DNA of 63,185 bases, the filler included, from Catajapyx aquilonaris (taxonomy: Eukaryota), in NCBI GenBank assembly GCA_000934665.2. It is 2 parts of 2 records of this genome, joined end to end, with 100 filler letters (N's around TTAATTAATTAA, not from the genome) between each part and the next. Parts side by side here need not be neighbours in the genome. Positions count along the whole stretch, not along the records: positions 31,536 to 63,185 come from KZ539165.1; 1 more part is not named here. The stretch is one strand, 5' to 3'. The notes under the pieces were generated by a model. The model ran no database searches and was not told where the DNA came from. It saw only the letters and a list, made by a program, of their open reading frames with translations. Below are positions 35,481 to 49,266 of this stretch, one piece after another (the stretch's first letter is position 1; each line of letters opens with the position of its first letter). The position numbers and the translations under genes are program-made.

Positions 35481-36828
35481 TTCCCTAATTAATGCAGACT
35501 CAACTAGATAACAACGAGATTATTTCCAACCCTGTCAATCCCCTTTAATCCCCAGTGTTTTTTAAATAAAACTATTTCCCCTCCCAAAAATCATGGGCTC
35601 AAGTAGCCCTCAGGTGGCATATTTCCGCATATCCTAATGGCTTCTGGGCGATAAGCAAATCCGTTGGAATATTCCGGAGAGAACATCGTCACGTGGCGAT
35701 CGTAATGAAGATGGGGGATAGGACCGCCATTTTTTGTCCCCCCAAAAAATTCACAGGGGAAAAGAAATTGGAGACGGCCATTTTGATGCCGGTTTGGTCC
35801 TGATTTATATGCAAGACTTCCTCTAGAGTGCGGCCATTAAAACCTGGGATTAAAACCAGAGGATATAACACCTCTCCGATCATAGACGACGAGAGGACTA
35901 TGGTGGCAGATAATCAATCAGCATATGTTTATTCCGAGGGGTGGTGGGGTGTGTTGTAATAACGTGTCGTATGAATATGTTGCAAACACGCATTTTAATT
36001 GTTAAATTACCGGGCCAGCAAGTGCGAGCATGTAGCTTGTGTGCAGGTGGCGTGTAACATGACGCTAATTGCGGGATAACATGCGTTATGTGTGTGTGAT
36101 GGGGATATAGTCTCGACAATGGCTGCCTGCAGGAGGGATCAAGTGAGTTTCAGGGGGCCGCGTCAAGGGCGATAAATAATGATCATGATAAGTGGTGAGA
36201 GTGATAATTGGGACGGTCTTTACTCCATGACCGCAGACAATGGTAGGAAATGTTGGCTACTCCACTCATATATTTGGTTGGTGGATATTATTAGCTCATA
36301 TCCGCGGACTCATATTTTTCTAGGCAATAAAATATATAACAAAAATATATATGACGAACATAAATAGATTATTAGATACTAAACATTACAATCACTTGCT
36401 GAACACCTGGTTACAAAAATTATCCCCAAGGAATATATTTATCCACACCAAAAATGATCGACTCTATCCTCTGGAGTAATTAAGTACATAACAGGACAAG
36501 TACAATCCAATTATTACATATTTCCTCAAAAAAATGTGAACTGTAATGTCAGTTCAAAATCAACGTTAAAAAGTGCTGTATACTGTTGTTCCCACTAGAT
36601 TCATCAATATAATATGATGCTATTCCTGTGGGCCAATATACCATTGTTGCGCCAAAATGCCTTTGTTCCCGTGCAGTCATATTGTTCCCAGTTAGTGTAC
36701 CGTGTATTGTTCCGCAGCTTGTAATAACATGTACGCGATAGCTGGTGCAAGTAGTTACATAAAGGCAACCCAAAATATCCCATCTATTAGATCAAACTTG
36801 GGGGGGGGGGGGGGGGAACCANACAGGT

Positions 36829-36830
<2 letters not shown>

Positions 36831-36898
<68 letters not shown>
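36831..36898. repeat. (AAT)n microsatellite
   Basis: Pure trinucleotide run. Confidence 0.95.
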
Positions 36899-36899
<1 letters not shown>

Positions 36900-38171
36900 T
36901 GCTTAAAATAAGCAGTTAGTTAATCGCAAGCAATGTAGCTATAACTTGTAACCCTCTAAAATTCAGTTTAAAAGACAAATCGTCCAATTGTCCAAATGCA
37001 GACATTTCTCGTCCCACACAATGGATCCAAAATGGCGTCATCCTCCCTAAGTTTCCGGACTATCCGACTCCATCACGCAATTCCCTAAACGCGTCTAGAG
37101 GGAAAGGGAGGGGGTCTGAAGCCTAGCACAAGTGTTTGCATGAGTTTTTAGGGGAGTGAATGTTGGGCGAGCCATGGCTGCGGGTTGGGAAATTGCCTCC
37201 AGGCCCTCCCCCGATTTATAGTCTGGAAGGAGGGAGGGGGGGGGGGAAGGAGGGGAAAAGAGGGAAGGGAAGAAAAAGGAAAAAAAAAACATTGTAAGAA
37301 GAAAGAGGAAATAAAGCGGAACCGTTTTTCCAAAAAAGGAAAGGTGGAGGATAGGGAGGAGGGGGGGGGGGGGAGTCTTCATTATTTGTCCAATAAACTT
37401 CAGATAATTGTGAGATATACGAAAGAGTCTCTTCCCAGCTGTGTAGTAGCAGATGGGGAACTGTTCCCTTCCCTCTTTTCTTCCTTATTCCTTCCCCCCC
37501 CCCCCACCCCCCTCTCACCACCATCTTTGCACTAGGGCCTAAGATTTGGTGTGGGGAGGGATATTACGGCTCCGTGCTCCTGACGTTACCAGCTGAGATG
37601 TCGTGTTTGCACCCAATTAAACCCTGCCGATATTGCCCTGTCATAAAGTTTGCGGAACGGTTGATTCTAGGCCGACTCCCAAATCCTAAGGGGGACTCAA
37701 GGTTGGAAGCTGGAGGCCATTCTGCGTCCAGTGTGTGGTTCAAGTACGTGAAAGTGGCTCATGAAGGAGGCTATTTTTAATCCAATTCAATTTGGCAGCC
37801 ATTTTTTGTCCAGATATTGTTCAGAATGCTAAGCTGACCATTTTCAGTCCAATTCATTTATAGACGGACATTTTGCATCCAGATATGTATATCAGGGAAA
37901 GTTTGTCGTTGTGTCCCATTTCCCTTCTCCCATTATACTGCATTATTATAGTACGGTACATTTCTGTCTATTTCATATAATTTACATTTCATTATTAATT
38001 ATTTATATATTTATTTTAAATAATAACGAATTATTTTACATCATAAATAACATACTGATAAATTGATCATGTGTTAATAGCTATTGATTGCTAGTTACCT
38101 ATGCAATGCAATAATATATTATACAATATATTGATATTATGTGTAATATAATATGCAGTAGGCCTACAATA

Positions 38172-38456
38172 CAGGGTGTTTAAACTTTTTTGTCCGAACA
38201 GTTATCGAAAAATTGCATGTAGCTGCTACTTTTAAGCAGTGACTTGCAACCGGTCAAAGAGGGTCACACATCCCTCTTTTTTCCAGGCTTGACCCCCAAT
38301 TTTCAGCGGGCAGCACGTATCCCACTTCAACCTAATATTCGCAGGGGATATTCCCCATTCATCCTAACAATCACCGTTTGTAAGTCACTGCTTAAAAAGT
38401 AGCAGCTACGCGCAATTTTCCGATAACTGTTCGGACAAAAATGATGAGACACCCTG
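38172..38456. mobile_element. Tc1/mariner-type MITE (CAGGGTG termini, TA TSD)
   Basis: ta|CAGGGTGT..TTTTGTCCGAACAGTTATCG ... CGATAACTGTTCGGACAAAA..ACACCCTG|ta. Confidence 0.85.
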
Positions 38457-41400
38457 TATTAATATAATTTATTGATATTATGTGTAATATAATATGCTAG
38501 GGGCCTACTATGCATTAATTATATTAATACTATCATAATTATTATTTGAGATTGTATTTTGGTTTAATATTTTACATAGAGTCAATAATTTATTTTAATA
38601 TATTTTATTATTTATGAAGATGTTATTTTCATATTAATAGTTATTTTTGTTATTTATATATTAAGTTAGAGTACATGTTTATATAGTATAGGCTAAGTTA
38701 TAACAATAATTATAATAATAGTATTATCATACTATTAGGCTGAGACATGTGGTCATTTTGACTCTAATTAATTTGGTGGTCAATTTATGCAAGATAATGA
38801 TTTAAGAATGTACAATTAGCTGATGAAGGCGGCCATTTTTGGTCCAAATCATTTGGTTTGGCCATTTTTCTTCAGGGAATAATTCAGGGACGCCCAATTG
38901 GCTGATGGATGCGGCCATTTTGAGTCCGATCCAAATTTTCCAAACTGGCCAACTTGCTTTTGGGGCCATCAATTGTGCTGGGTTGAGTAATTTCCCGGTC
39001 GATTGTTAAACCCCGGGCTTATTAATCATAATTACCCCCATACCTTTGACTTCCAACAGTCACAAATGAACTGAACCCATATCTAATTCAGCAGTTCATT
39101 TTTTTATTCTCCGTCTGTCAGACCCAATGAAAAGAGGCATCAGCACAAATCTGATAACTTGAGAGACGCCATTTTTAGTGTGTGTGTGTCTCCAGCCAAT
39201 AGAACGATTGATGACAAGCCAAATCAATACCCCGGAATGAACTTTGGTTCGATTGATACCCGGAATATTAAGAAAGATGAAGGAAATCTGAGTGGGATGA
39301 CCACATGATTCAACTGAGGATGACAGGGGACACTGACCATCCGGAGATTGTCAAACCCCCTCCCTATATGAAGAAGGGTTTATCCTTTCACACAATTCCA
39401 ACATGGAGGGTTTGAAACGAGGACAGCCAACCTTACTATTATATATAAAAAGAGGAAAAAAAGGGGGTCATCGATCCCTGCCTATCGGATAATGGTCCAA
39501 ATCTGCTTGGAAAGAGTCGGATTGAATCAGCTCGGAAGATTAATAGAGTTAAGGAGGTTGGCTCGGACAAAAGGGAGCGTTCGGGACAGCCAAGCGGCTC
39601 TAAATGGGACAGTTTTTTTTTCGGTGGGAAGGGTGGGAGGGTGGTGAGATGTGCCACGTGCTAATCAATGTTGGAGGCAGGTATGTTTAAAGGGAATCCA
39701 GTGTGGAAACACAGCTTTAAGAAGCATTTCATCATTTATTTGTTATATTTTATTGGTGCAATTTGTTATATTTTATTGGTGCAATTTGTTATATTTTATT
39801 GGTGCAATTTATTATTATTTATTGTGTATCATTATTTATTGTTATAAGTCATTATTAGTTTATTATTATTAATCATTTTATTGACATTTTTATTGTCATT
39901 TTTAAATGATTTGTTTTCACTATTTATTGTTAGTACCGTAATTATATTATTTATTGTTAGTAATTTATTATTTATTACGTTTTATTATTTATTAGCCATT
40001 TTATAATTATCGTATTAATGTTTAATTTAATTAGTGTTTTAATAATTTATTCCTTATTTCCATTATTTTATTTACTGCTTATTTCCATTATTTCATTTTA
40101 TTGGTTTTTATTTTTATTAATTTTATCATTTATTATATTATAGTATTAATTAATTATATGTTTTATTAGCTATTTTATAATTTCATTTGACATATTTCAT
40201 TATTAATTAGTTTTAATATTTTATTGTTTTATTCTTTATTATTTATTGCAGTTTGATTTTATTTGACATATTTCATTTTAATTTTTATAGCCTATAATAC
40301 GGTATAATTACACATAACAAAATTTATTACACTCAATTATTTTATTATTCGTTATTTATTATAGCATTGTTGAAATCATTAGCCATTAATTTTACTTTTC
40401 ATATAAATTCAATTCAGAGTTTGTAATTTTTTTTGCATATTTACGGCTCTTCATATTACACTATAGCATATATATGTTATACTTATGATTATTTTATTAT
40501 TTATAAAGTTGAAATAATCATGAGTAGCAATGTGCCGTAATTTAGGACTGGTAATTATGATGCCACACACTGCGTACAGTGATATTTACGCATGTCCCCA
40601 AACTAAGTCATATAATTTATACATTTACACTTTTTGTTGCGTCATTAATGAGGATCAAGCGTTAACAATATTCACTATAATTTTGCCAACATTTTAGAGC
40701 AAACGTTATTTAAGTCACGGTATGGACATTCAGTTCGCGTTTCTAAAAGCACTTAAAAGGGGGACAGTGTCCATTTCCAGGAAGGTCCATATTTAAAATT
40801 TTTAAAAAACAACCGCGCATTAACATATTCCCTTTCAAAGTTAATGGCCAATTTAAGGCAGAGAGAGACAACAATATTTTTGGGAACAAAACTACCTGTA
40901 TATGGAGGGAGAATGGATCCAAAATAATGTCATAAATCTGGTCGCGTCCATAATTAGGTAGAGTTGGACAACAAAAGCTGTGTGTGCATGGTGGTCATCG
41001 TATAGAGGAAGCTTTTCTGAGTAAACACTATTAAAATATAAACACTCGCAATTTAAAGTTAGGTTGCACCACTGTACGTTTTTATATCCTAATAAATTGA
41101 TGGCAATGAATATTGTTCTCGTTACCAGTATGTCTGTACAGTACATCTACATCACTTTTTGGACGACTTTTTTGTCCAAATCAGGCCATCTCTAGCGACC
41201 TGGCAGGGTCAGTAGGATGAAGCCTGAGATTACGGGGAAGTCCCGGTCGGTCAGAAAATAAGTGGAAAGATTTGCCGCTTAATAGAAAAAAAAATCCAGT
41301 AATTTAACTGGAAAATAACTGAAAGAAAGACGGGCTCGGGTAAGTCCTTCCAGTGAAAGAAGTGGAAGAAATTATTTTTCATCTTTTAATAGTTACATTA

Positions 41401-42252
41401 TGAAAAGTAATTTCTTCCACATAAATTTCATCAATTACATTTTAAGTGGAAAATACATGCTTCTTCGAAACAAATGGAATATGTTATTTTTCATATTTTA
41501 AGTGAAAATGCCTCGGTTTGAAGTGAAAACGTCACTCTCCTTCCCGGAAACGAAGGGTAATAAATTAATTTCCATGATTTAAGTGGAAATAATTGCTCGG
41601 TATTAAGTGGAAAATTCGTCCTCCACCGAGTGAAAAAAAGTTTTAAAAAGTTTCAGTTGAAAATTTGCCCTTACAGCGAATGAAGTGGGAAAAAATACGA
41701 AACCTGTGAAGTTGGACACCTTCATAAACGTGCCATATCCCTATTGGACACTATTGGACACTATTTTTTGTAACCGTCAAAAAGCCTATCCCTTGTCATG
41801 TTGCTAAGTTGGACACTAACAGTTGGACACTAACAGTTGGACATTTTTTTCACTGCATTTCAAGTTATTGTATATAGTGGAAAGTACGCGTTGTTAAGAG
41901 GAAAATTAGTCTTCCCTCCAGAAAATCAAAAGGGATAAATTAATTCGCATAATTATTTAAATCGAAATTGCTTCGCTTTTAAGCGGAAAATTTGCCCTCA
42001 TTGCAACGAATCAATTGGAGAAATTATTTGCCGTCATTTAAGTGGAAATTGATTTTAAATGAAAAATTCGACCTCTTTCCAGTAAAACACGTGTAAATTT
42101 TCTATAATTTTAAGTGGAAATTGAGCGACATCATGGGACAAAAAGGTACGTATATGGGTGAAGCCAGGGATTGCGTAGATTGCGGGCCCTCCGGTTGATT
42201 GGATATACCTAGACCATGGCTAAAGAGAGTGAGTTCCTCCTCCCCCCCCCCC

Positions 42253-42571
42253 NNNNNNNNNNNNNNNNNNNNNNNNNNNNNNNNNNNNNNNNNNNNNNNN
42301 NNNNNNNNNNNNNNNNNNNNNNNNNNNNNNNNNNNNNNNNNNNNNNNNNNNNNNNNNNNNNNNNNNNNNNNNNNNNNNNNNNNNNNNNNNNNNNNNNNNN
42401 NNNNNNNNNNNNNNNNNNNNNNNNNNNNNNNNNNNNNNNNNNNNNNNNNNNNNNNNNNNNNNNNNNNNNNNNNNNNNNNNNNNNNNNNNNNNNNNNNNNN
42501 NNNNNNNNNNNNNNNNNNNNNNNNNNNNNNNNNNNNNNNNNNNNNNNNNNNNNNNNNNNNNNNNNNNNNNN
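42253..42571. other. Assembly gap flanked by poly-C and poly-G
   Basis: 319 N. Confidence 0.95.
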
Positions 42572-43987
42572 GGGGGGGGGGGGGGCTAAAATTAATTAAT
42601 TGGGCAGGCGACGAGGTGTAATTGTAAGGCTTAATTGGAGACACGGAGACGACAAGGGGGGAACGAGAATACAGTGTGAACAGGGCTGACTCGAACGGAC
42701 GACATGTCGCGAATGGGTCAAAAGTCGCCTAAATAAGAAATTGAATATGTATTAGGCCTAAATAAGAAATTGAATATGTATTATGCCTAATTAAGAAATT
42801 CAGTACGTATTAATATAAATTAAATGATAACTTACGTATACCGGTAATTATAATTCAGTAGGCGCTAATAAAATAATAAATAATCAAACAATAAACGATT
42901 AAAATGTGAAGCATTGTGGAGCGTTCGGTTGGCTGTTAAGATCTGCTGAAATTATGATCACGCTCATCTGTTCGGTTCGCGTAATAATATTCGCGTTCGA
43001 TTGGTTCAGTGTACGGCTTGTTCCCTTTTCCACAAAATTTTTCCCCTCATAAGATGGACCCTTGTTATCCCCACAGTTCAGCGGGCCATCTTTCAGGAAA
43101 CCAGACACTTGCAGATCTCTAGAAGGGAATTTGTCGCCTCCAGAAAGTGGGCGGCGGTGGGGGTACAAAAAAAGGAGCAAATTCCCTCCCACCGTGCCTA
43201 TATCTTACCCGCCACCCCTTCTTTCCCTTAGTCCTTGGAGAAATGGCGGAATATAACTGGCTAACCATGTCCCCTCCAGCCCAGAAGCGCAGTAATTTTC
43301 TCCGCCGACACCATTTTGCCTGGTAGAAACGCATGATAATTACTTTTATAGCCGCACTGAAAGCAGCCAGCTTTTCAGACAAACTCTCCTCTACGCCTTC
43401 CTCCTACCCTCCCCACCCTCCACTCCAACCCCACAAGACTCTCTTTGAATTTGCTTCTAGATAGACTTGGTTAAAGTGGCGGCTACAAGTGGGGGGGCCA
43501 ATTTTCAAAAGAGAGATTTACGCTTGGAAGTCTTGAGAAGAAGAAGGGAGAACCTATTGGTTAGAGACATACGAGTCTAAAAAGAAAAGTGCGCAACTTT
43601 CCTTCTTTAACTTGCACCCCCCCTTCTCAGACAGTTAAGGGAAACCCCTCTTCAAGCAGCTAGATCCACAGGACAAAAGCTGGATAACTGAAAAGGTAAG
43701 TTATGTTGCGCTCTTGCGCATGTTGGTTCTCTTCAGAGGGACCAGCTTGCGAAACACCCCACAAGTGTGGTCGAAAATTGTGATCAGTTTGTGCTCTAAG
43801 CTGCTTATTATTGGCCACAGCTATCTTTAGCTCTCATCAAAATATTAGATGGCATTATAATACATTTGTATGTTGTTATAACAGCTTCAAAATTATTTTC
43901 TCTGTAAAATAGCCGTTATAAGGTCAGTTGCTATGTAACATAGCAGTTATAATACCAATTGCTATGTTACAAAGCAGCTGTAATTTT

Positions 43988-44472
43988 GTTATGTAATATA
44001 ATCGTTATTCAGTAGCAGTTATGTAATATAACCGTTATTCAGTAGCAGTTATGTAATATAATCGGTATTCAGTAGCAGTTATGTAATATAATCGGTATTC
44101 AGTAGCAGTTATGCAATATAATCGTTATTCAGTAGCAGTTATGTAATATAACCGTTATTCAGTAGCAGTTATGTAATATAATCGTTATTCAGTAGCAGTT
44201 ATGTAATATAATCGTTATTCAGTAGCAGTTATGTAATATAATCGTTATTCAGCAGCAGTTATGTAATATAATCGTTATTCAGCAGCAGTTATGTAATATA
44301 ATCGTTATTCAGTAGCAGTTATGTAATATAATCGTTATTCAGTAGCAGTTATGTAATATAATCGTTATTCAGCAGCAGTTATGTAATATAATCGTTATTC
44401 AGCAGCAGTTATGTAATATAATCGTTATTCAGTAGCAGTTATGTAATATAATCGTTATTCAGTAGCAGTTAG
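43988..44472. repeat. 30-bp minisatellite (~16 copies)
   Basis: gttatgtaatataatcgttattcagtagca repeated almost perfectly. Confidence 0.93.
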
Positions 44473-47400
44473 TTGTTATGTAATATGATATTTAGCTGAC
44501 ATACCTCATATTCGGTGCTATGATTGTAATACGTGTGGATACTACGAAAAGAGAAGCTATTATGAAAAGCACAGCTGCTGTAAAGGAGCGGCGACCGTGA
44601 GAATAGCAGATATTGTGCGGAAAAGAGCCGTTATGCCCATTCTAACTCAATAGCGATTAAGCCCAGCGTTATTGGGGATGTTGGCCCGTGTGAACAGGCC
44701 AATCGAATCTGTCTTTTTCCGGCTTCTAACGTCCAATCACATCAGATAATAGTGTCCTCGTTACTTAAGGATGTCACATATGTACATTGCTCTTTAGTTG
44801 AGTCGAGCATAAGGTCAGGAGGCTGTTATCGTGCAAAAATGCTCCTTTCTTTTGCAAGGATGGCCCACTCCTCCTTTCAGGACGTCTTTAAAAGGCTCCT
44901 TCTCTCTCCACTTCCTCCCTCCCACACACCGGTGGGGGGTGGGAATGAGGACTCCAAATGAAATTGAGGTCTAAAGGGAGGCTGCCAAAATCGGAATTTT
45001 CACACTTCATTTCCCACTCCCATTTCATGCTTCTCAACATCTTCACAGGCTCACTTACTTGTCATTGTCCGGGACGTTCCCTCTTTATTATGTGCATTAT
45101 CCGGACACACTTGGCCAGATCAATCCGGCACGTCCCGGTTTATCCCCATTTCAGTCCCCAATAGGGACAGAGAGCAGTAAGGTGTTCCTTTAACGAGATT
45201 CCACACCCGCAAGTATTTTACCCTGCTTTCCATGTCCCCCATGCAAATCGGGTTGGATGTGTACGTCACAACGCATCCGACGCTCATTAATTATGTACCA
45301 TTACGTTAACGGTACCTCCCAAACATTCTTTATTGAGACCTCCCCCATCCCACAATAGCCGGCTTCACACAGATTGCCACTTTGCACCATTTGCCTCTCC
45401 CTCTCTCTGTCTCCCTCCTCCATTCCCCCCTACTCCCCAAAGTGGCCAAACCAATTGACCCAATTGCAAACCGGTTCATTAAAAAGCCTTACTCAGAAAA
45501 GGTCCTGGCTTACCTATACATGTCGCACTCTAATGAAACTAACTACACGGTCGTATAGGTATGAACCGCCGGATCATTTTATGTAGATACGTAATTTGTT
45601 CTAAACCGCATAGTTCCGCAGATAATTTACCATTTTTCATACACTGTAACCTGACCACATATGGGGCGGGTCCGAATCTGCATCACGAGTGCGTCTCTGG
45701 TGCGTCCAAATCTGATATAAAATATTAGTTGCTTTAATATAGCATTTGCAATACCGGTATAATTATGCTATGTAATATAATATTGTAACAATGCCAGTTG
45801 TCATGGAAAATAAGTTATAAAACTAGTTGGTATGTAATATAGTAGTTGTCATGTACTTGAACTACTTGTAATGTAGTGGTTATGTAGTTGCCATGTAAAA
45901 TTGTCGTTACATAATATTAGATGCTATGTAAGCCCTCCTTTATTGTCTATGCCTCTATGGCAATAGTTGCTGTAAAAGAGCACAGTCTACACTGAAGAGA
46001 ATAGATGCTGTAAAAGAGCAGCTACACTGAAGAGAATATAGATGCTGCAAAAGAGCAGCTACACTGAAGAGAATAGCTGCTGTAAAAGAGCAGCTATTGT
46101 GAAAAGGGCCGTTATTGCCGTTCTATCTTCGTAGCGATTGGGCCCATCGTTTTTTGGACAAGTTGGCCCGTGTGAACAGGCCAATCGTGTCTCACTGTAA
46201 TGAAGCAAACTGCACAGTTGTATAGGTATGAACCGGCGGATTTATTTTATGTAGATACGCAATTTGTCATAGACCGCATAGTTACGCAGACAATTGGCAA
46301 TTTTTCATACACTGTAACCTGACCTCATATGGGGCGCGTTCAAATCTGAATGACGGTCGCGTACAAATCAGATGCGTCCTTGCAAGACCGCACACTTTCT
46401 CCCATTAGGCCTACAAAAAAAAAGGTGCAATTTTTTTAAAAAGCAAATTCGTTTAACTTTGTAGCAAAGCGCTAGCCTCCTGCCTAAAATGGGTTTCCCT
46501 GTTTAAATTTGGGGCGACAGAGCGCAGAGTCGTATCGGACACCTCAGAGGCAAGTGCATTCACTTGTCCGGTGGGGATTTTTTTTGTGCGTGGAAAAAGT
46601 GGGGGGCATGTGTGTGTGTGCAGAATTTCCCACATCAGACTCCACACCCATGTGTGCAAGCTCACACTCTGAACCTGACACTCTCTTGCCTAGAGAGAGA
46701 GCGCGCGAAAAAAAAATTCTATTCACAGTCCGATGCATTCTTTCTCATATTTCCTGCCACTTTTTAGAGCTAATTTTTTTTAAAGCAAGAGTGAGGCTTG
46801 ACTTGAACCCATTGTTGCTCAAAAACATTGGGCAAACACCGCCAGGGCCTATTGTTAGGGCTCAGCAATGCGGCTGGTTGTGTGGGCCTGCAGTCAAGGT
46901 TTGCTTTTTGTACGAAAATAGACCGAAAAAAAGACATATCAATATGTACCTGGGCATATTTTTTGCACTATAAAGCACGGTCGTTCAACAATCAGTACCT
47001 AGGGTGTTTGGCTTAAAATAGTTCGCTCATTTTTGGACAGTAAGCTGCTACTTTCCAAGCAGCTACTTCTAGTGGTTATAGATGAAATATTCTGACAGTG
47101 TTTTCAAGAAACTGTTATGGACAGTGACGGAGGCTATATCCACGTCATACAGCCATACTTTTAATTATTTATTTATTTATTTATAATGCTGTTCTGTATT
47201 CCCTTTCATATTTTGCCTGTTGATTTGTTCAGGTCTAAATGTAACTCATGTAACTCTAATGTAATTTCATATATACTTTGTGAAAATTGCTAATATAGCA
47301 AATACATACAGCCTACTAATAAATAAAATATATCAATTAAGAAGGTAACTATAAACAAGCAATCAAATATATGAGTAAATGTGAGATACAATAAAATTAA

Positions 47401-49026
47401 ACAAAATGTAAAAGCATGAAAAAATGAAATAAAATTAATTAAAAATTAAAATTTCGTTGGCATATACATATTTATATACACATTTATTTACATATATGTA
47501 ATAATCGATTTACATGAACAGGATGTCCCAAAAATAATATCACATTACTTTGTTTATGTCCAGCGACATGAACTTGCCCCAATCCCGCTTTAAAAAAAAA
47601 TGGCCATTAAAGACTCATTGTCCTGGTGAATTTAAGCGAGCCCTACACGTTCCCCTCCCGGGTAGCTAATTACATGTCAAAACAGGCGCCGAGCAGAAAA
47701 CAACAACAATGCAATGCATCCCAGGGTGCATTGCATAAACTGCTGGAACCCCAAATTGGGCCAGGCCCCCATCATCTGCTGTTGTGTGTCGGCAAAAGAC
47801 GAGTTGGGGACAGGACAAAACTAATCCACTTTTAGGGTCACCTGACCCGAGACATCGCGGACAGCAGGGTTATCTCTGCCCATGGTTACGCCCCGGGGCA
47901 GAGCTTTTATTCTGAGGGAGACAGCAATTGCTGTTCATTCTGCCGGAGATTGAGGTTAATAACTTGTACTCTTTGTACACGTACAGGGTGTTGTACTTTA
48001 CTAAAAATAATTCATCGCTAAACTAATTACGCGTATTAGGCTTACCGATCAACGATTAATAGTATATTAATCAAATAGCCTACATTTGACCAGAAATAGT
48101 TGTTGCTTTGGAAGGACTTTCGTAATGGAAGACCGAATATGGTAGGGTATAGGGTACCGCCTGTACCAACCTACCCCATGACCTAACTTTCCTTCCTTGC
48201 GGATACACGCTTATCCTCGCTTATCCTTCAGTGGATACACTCCTAGGAAAGTAGGTAAAAGTGTAGGGTCTCCCGTTATGAAAGCTTAGCAGTTAGTCTT
48301 TCCCTCCAACTCTATATGGCATCACTATTAAATTAACTTCACGTTTTGAATTATTTTTGGACAAGAGTGAGCCTCCTCCTTCCTCCTTCTCTCCACTCCC
48401 CCCCCCCCCNNNNNNNNCCCCCCCCCCCAATCCCCTCGTCTAAAAAAACTATGGAAGTTGACAGAGTACTAGACTTAACCCGTCATCTTACCATTCCCCG
48501 GATGTCACCCCTTCGGTTAACCCCTCCTTCCATGCACCCTATATTATAAGCATACACCTTATTCCATCCCGGTGGGTTGACTGATATTCCGGGCAGTGAC
48601 GTATTGCCAAGCCTGGCTTTTCTTGGCACAAACCGTCAGGACTTCGATCCCCGGACTCGGCTGACACTCATAATAAATAGTCCTCACTTAATACATATCC
48701 CCGATAACCTCTCCCACAATCCCAGCCTTCTCTTGTATATGCCAATTTTGTCTACGTAAAGCACTATATGAGCCAAAATTGTCCAAAATATATTCAATAA
48801 AAATAATGCCCCATAAATAATAACCATAAATAACAAATTAATCCAGAAATTAATCAATAGATAATAAATTAATAAATAAATAACAAAGACAACAAATAAA
48901 TTAATAATAGCCCTAATACGTGAAATAAATAAATAATTAACAAATAAAATAAAATAAATAAATAACAAGCAAAATAAAATAAATAAATAACAAACAAAAT
49001 AAAATAAATAAATAAATAAATTAATT

Positions 49027-49266
49027 AATTAATAACATGCTAGTAAATAAAAGCAAATAAATTAATAACATGCTAGTAAATAAAAACAAATAAATTAATA
49101 ACATGCTAGTAAATAAAAACAAATAAATTAATAACATGCTAGTAAATAAAAACAAATAAATTAATAACATGCTAGTAAATAAAAACAAATAAATTAATAA
49201 CATGCTAGTAAATAAAAACAAATAAATTAATAGCATGCTAGTAAATAAAAACAAATAAATTAATAA
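49027..49266. repeat. 33-bp minisatellite (~7 copies)
   Basis: aattaataacatgctagtaaataaaaacaaata repeated. Confidence 0.93.

Noticed and set aside
43988..44472. 30-bp repeat array as a CRISPR-like array
   Set aside because: Head-to-tail repeats without unique spacers, in a eukaryotic context with no cas genes; an ordinary minisatellite.
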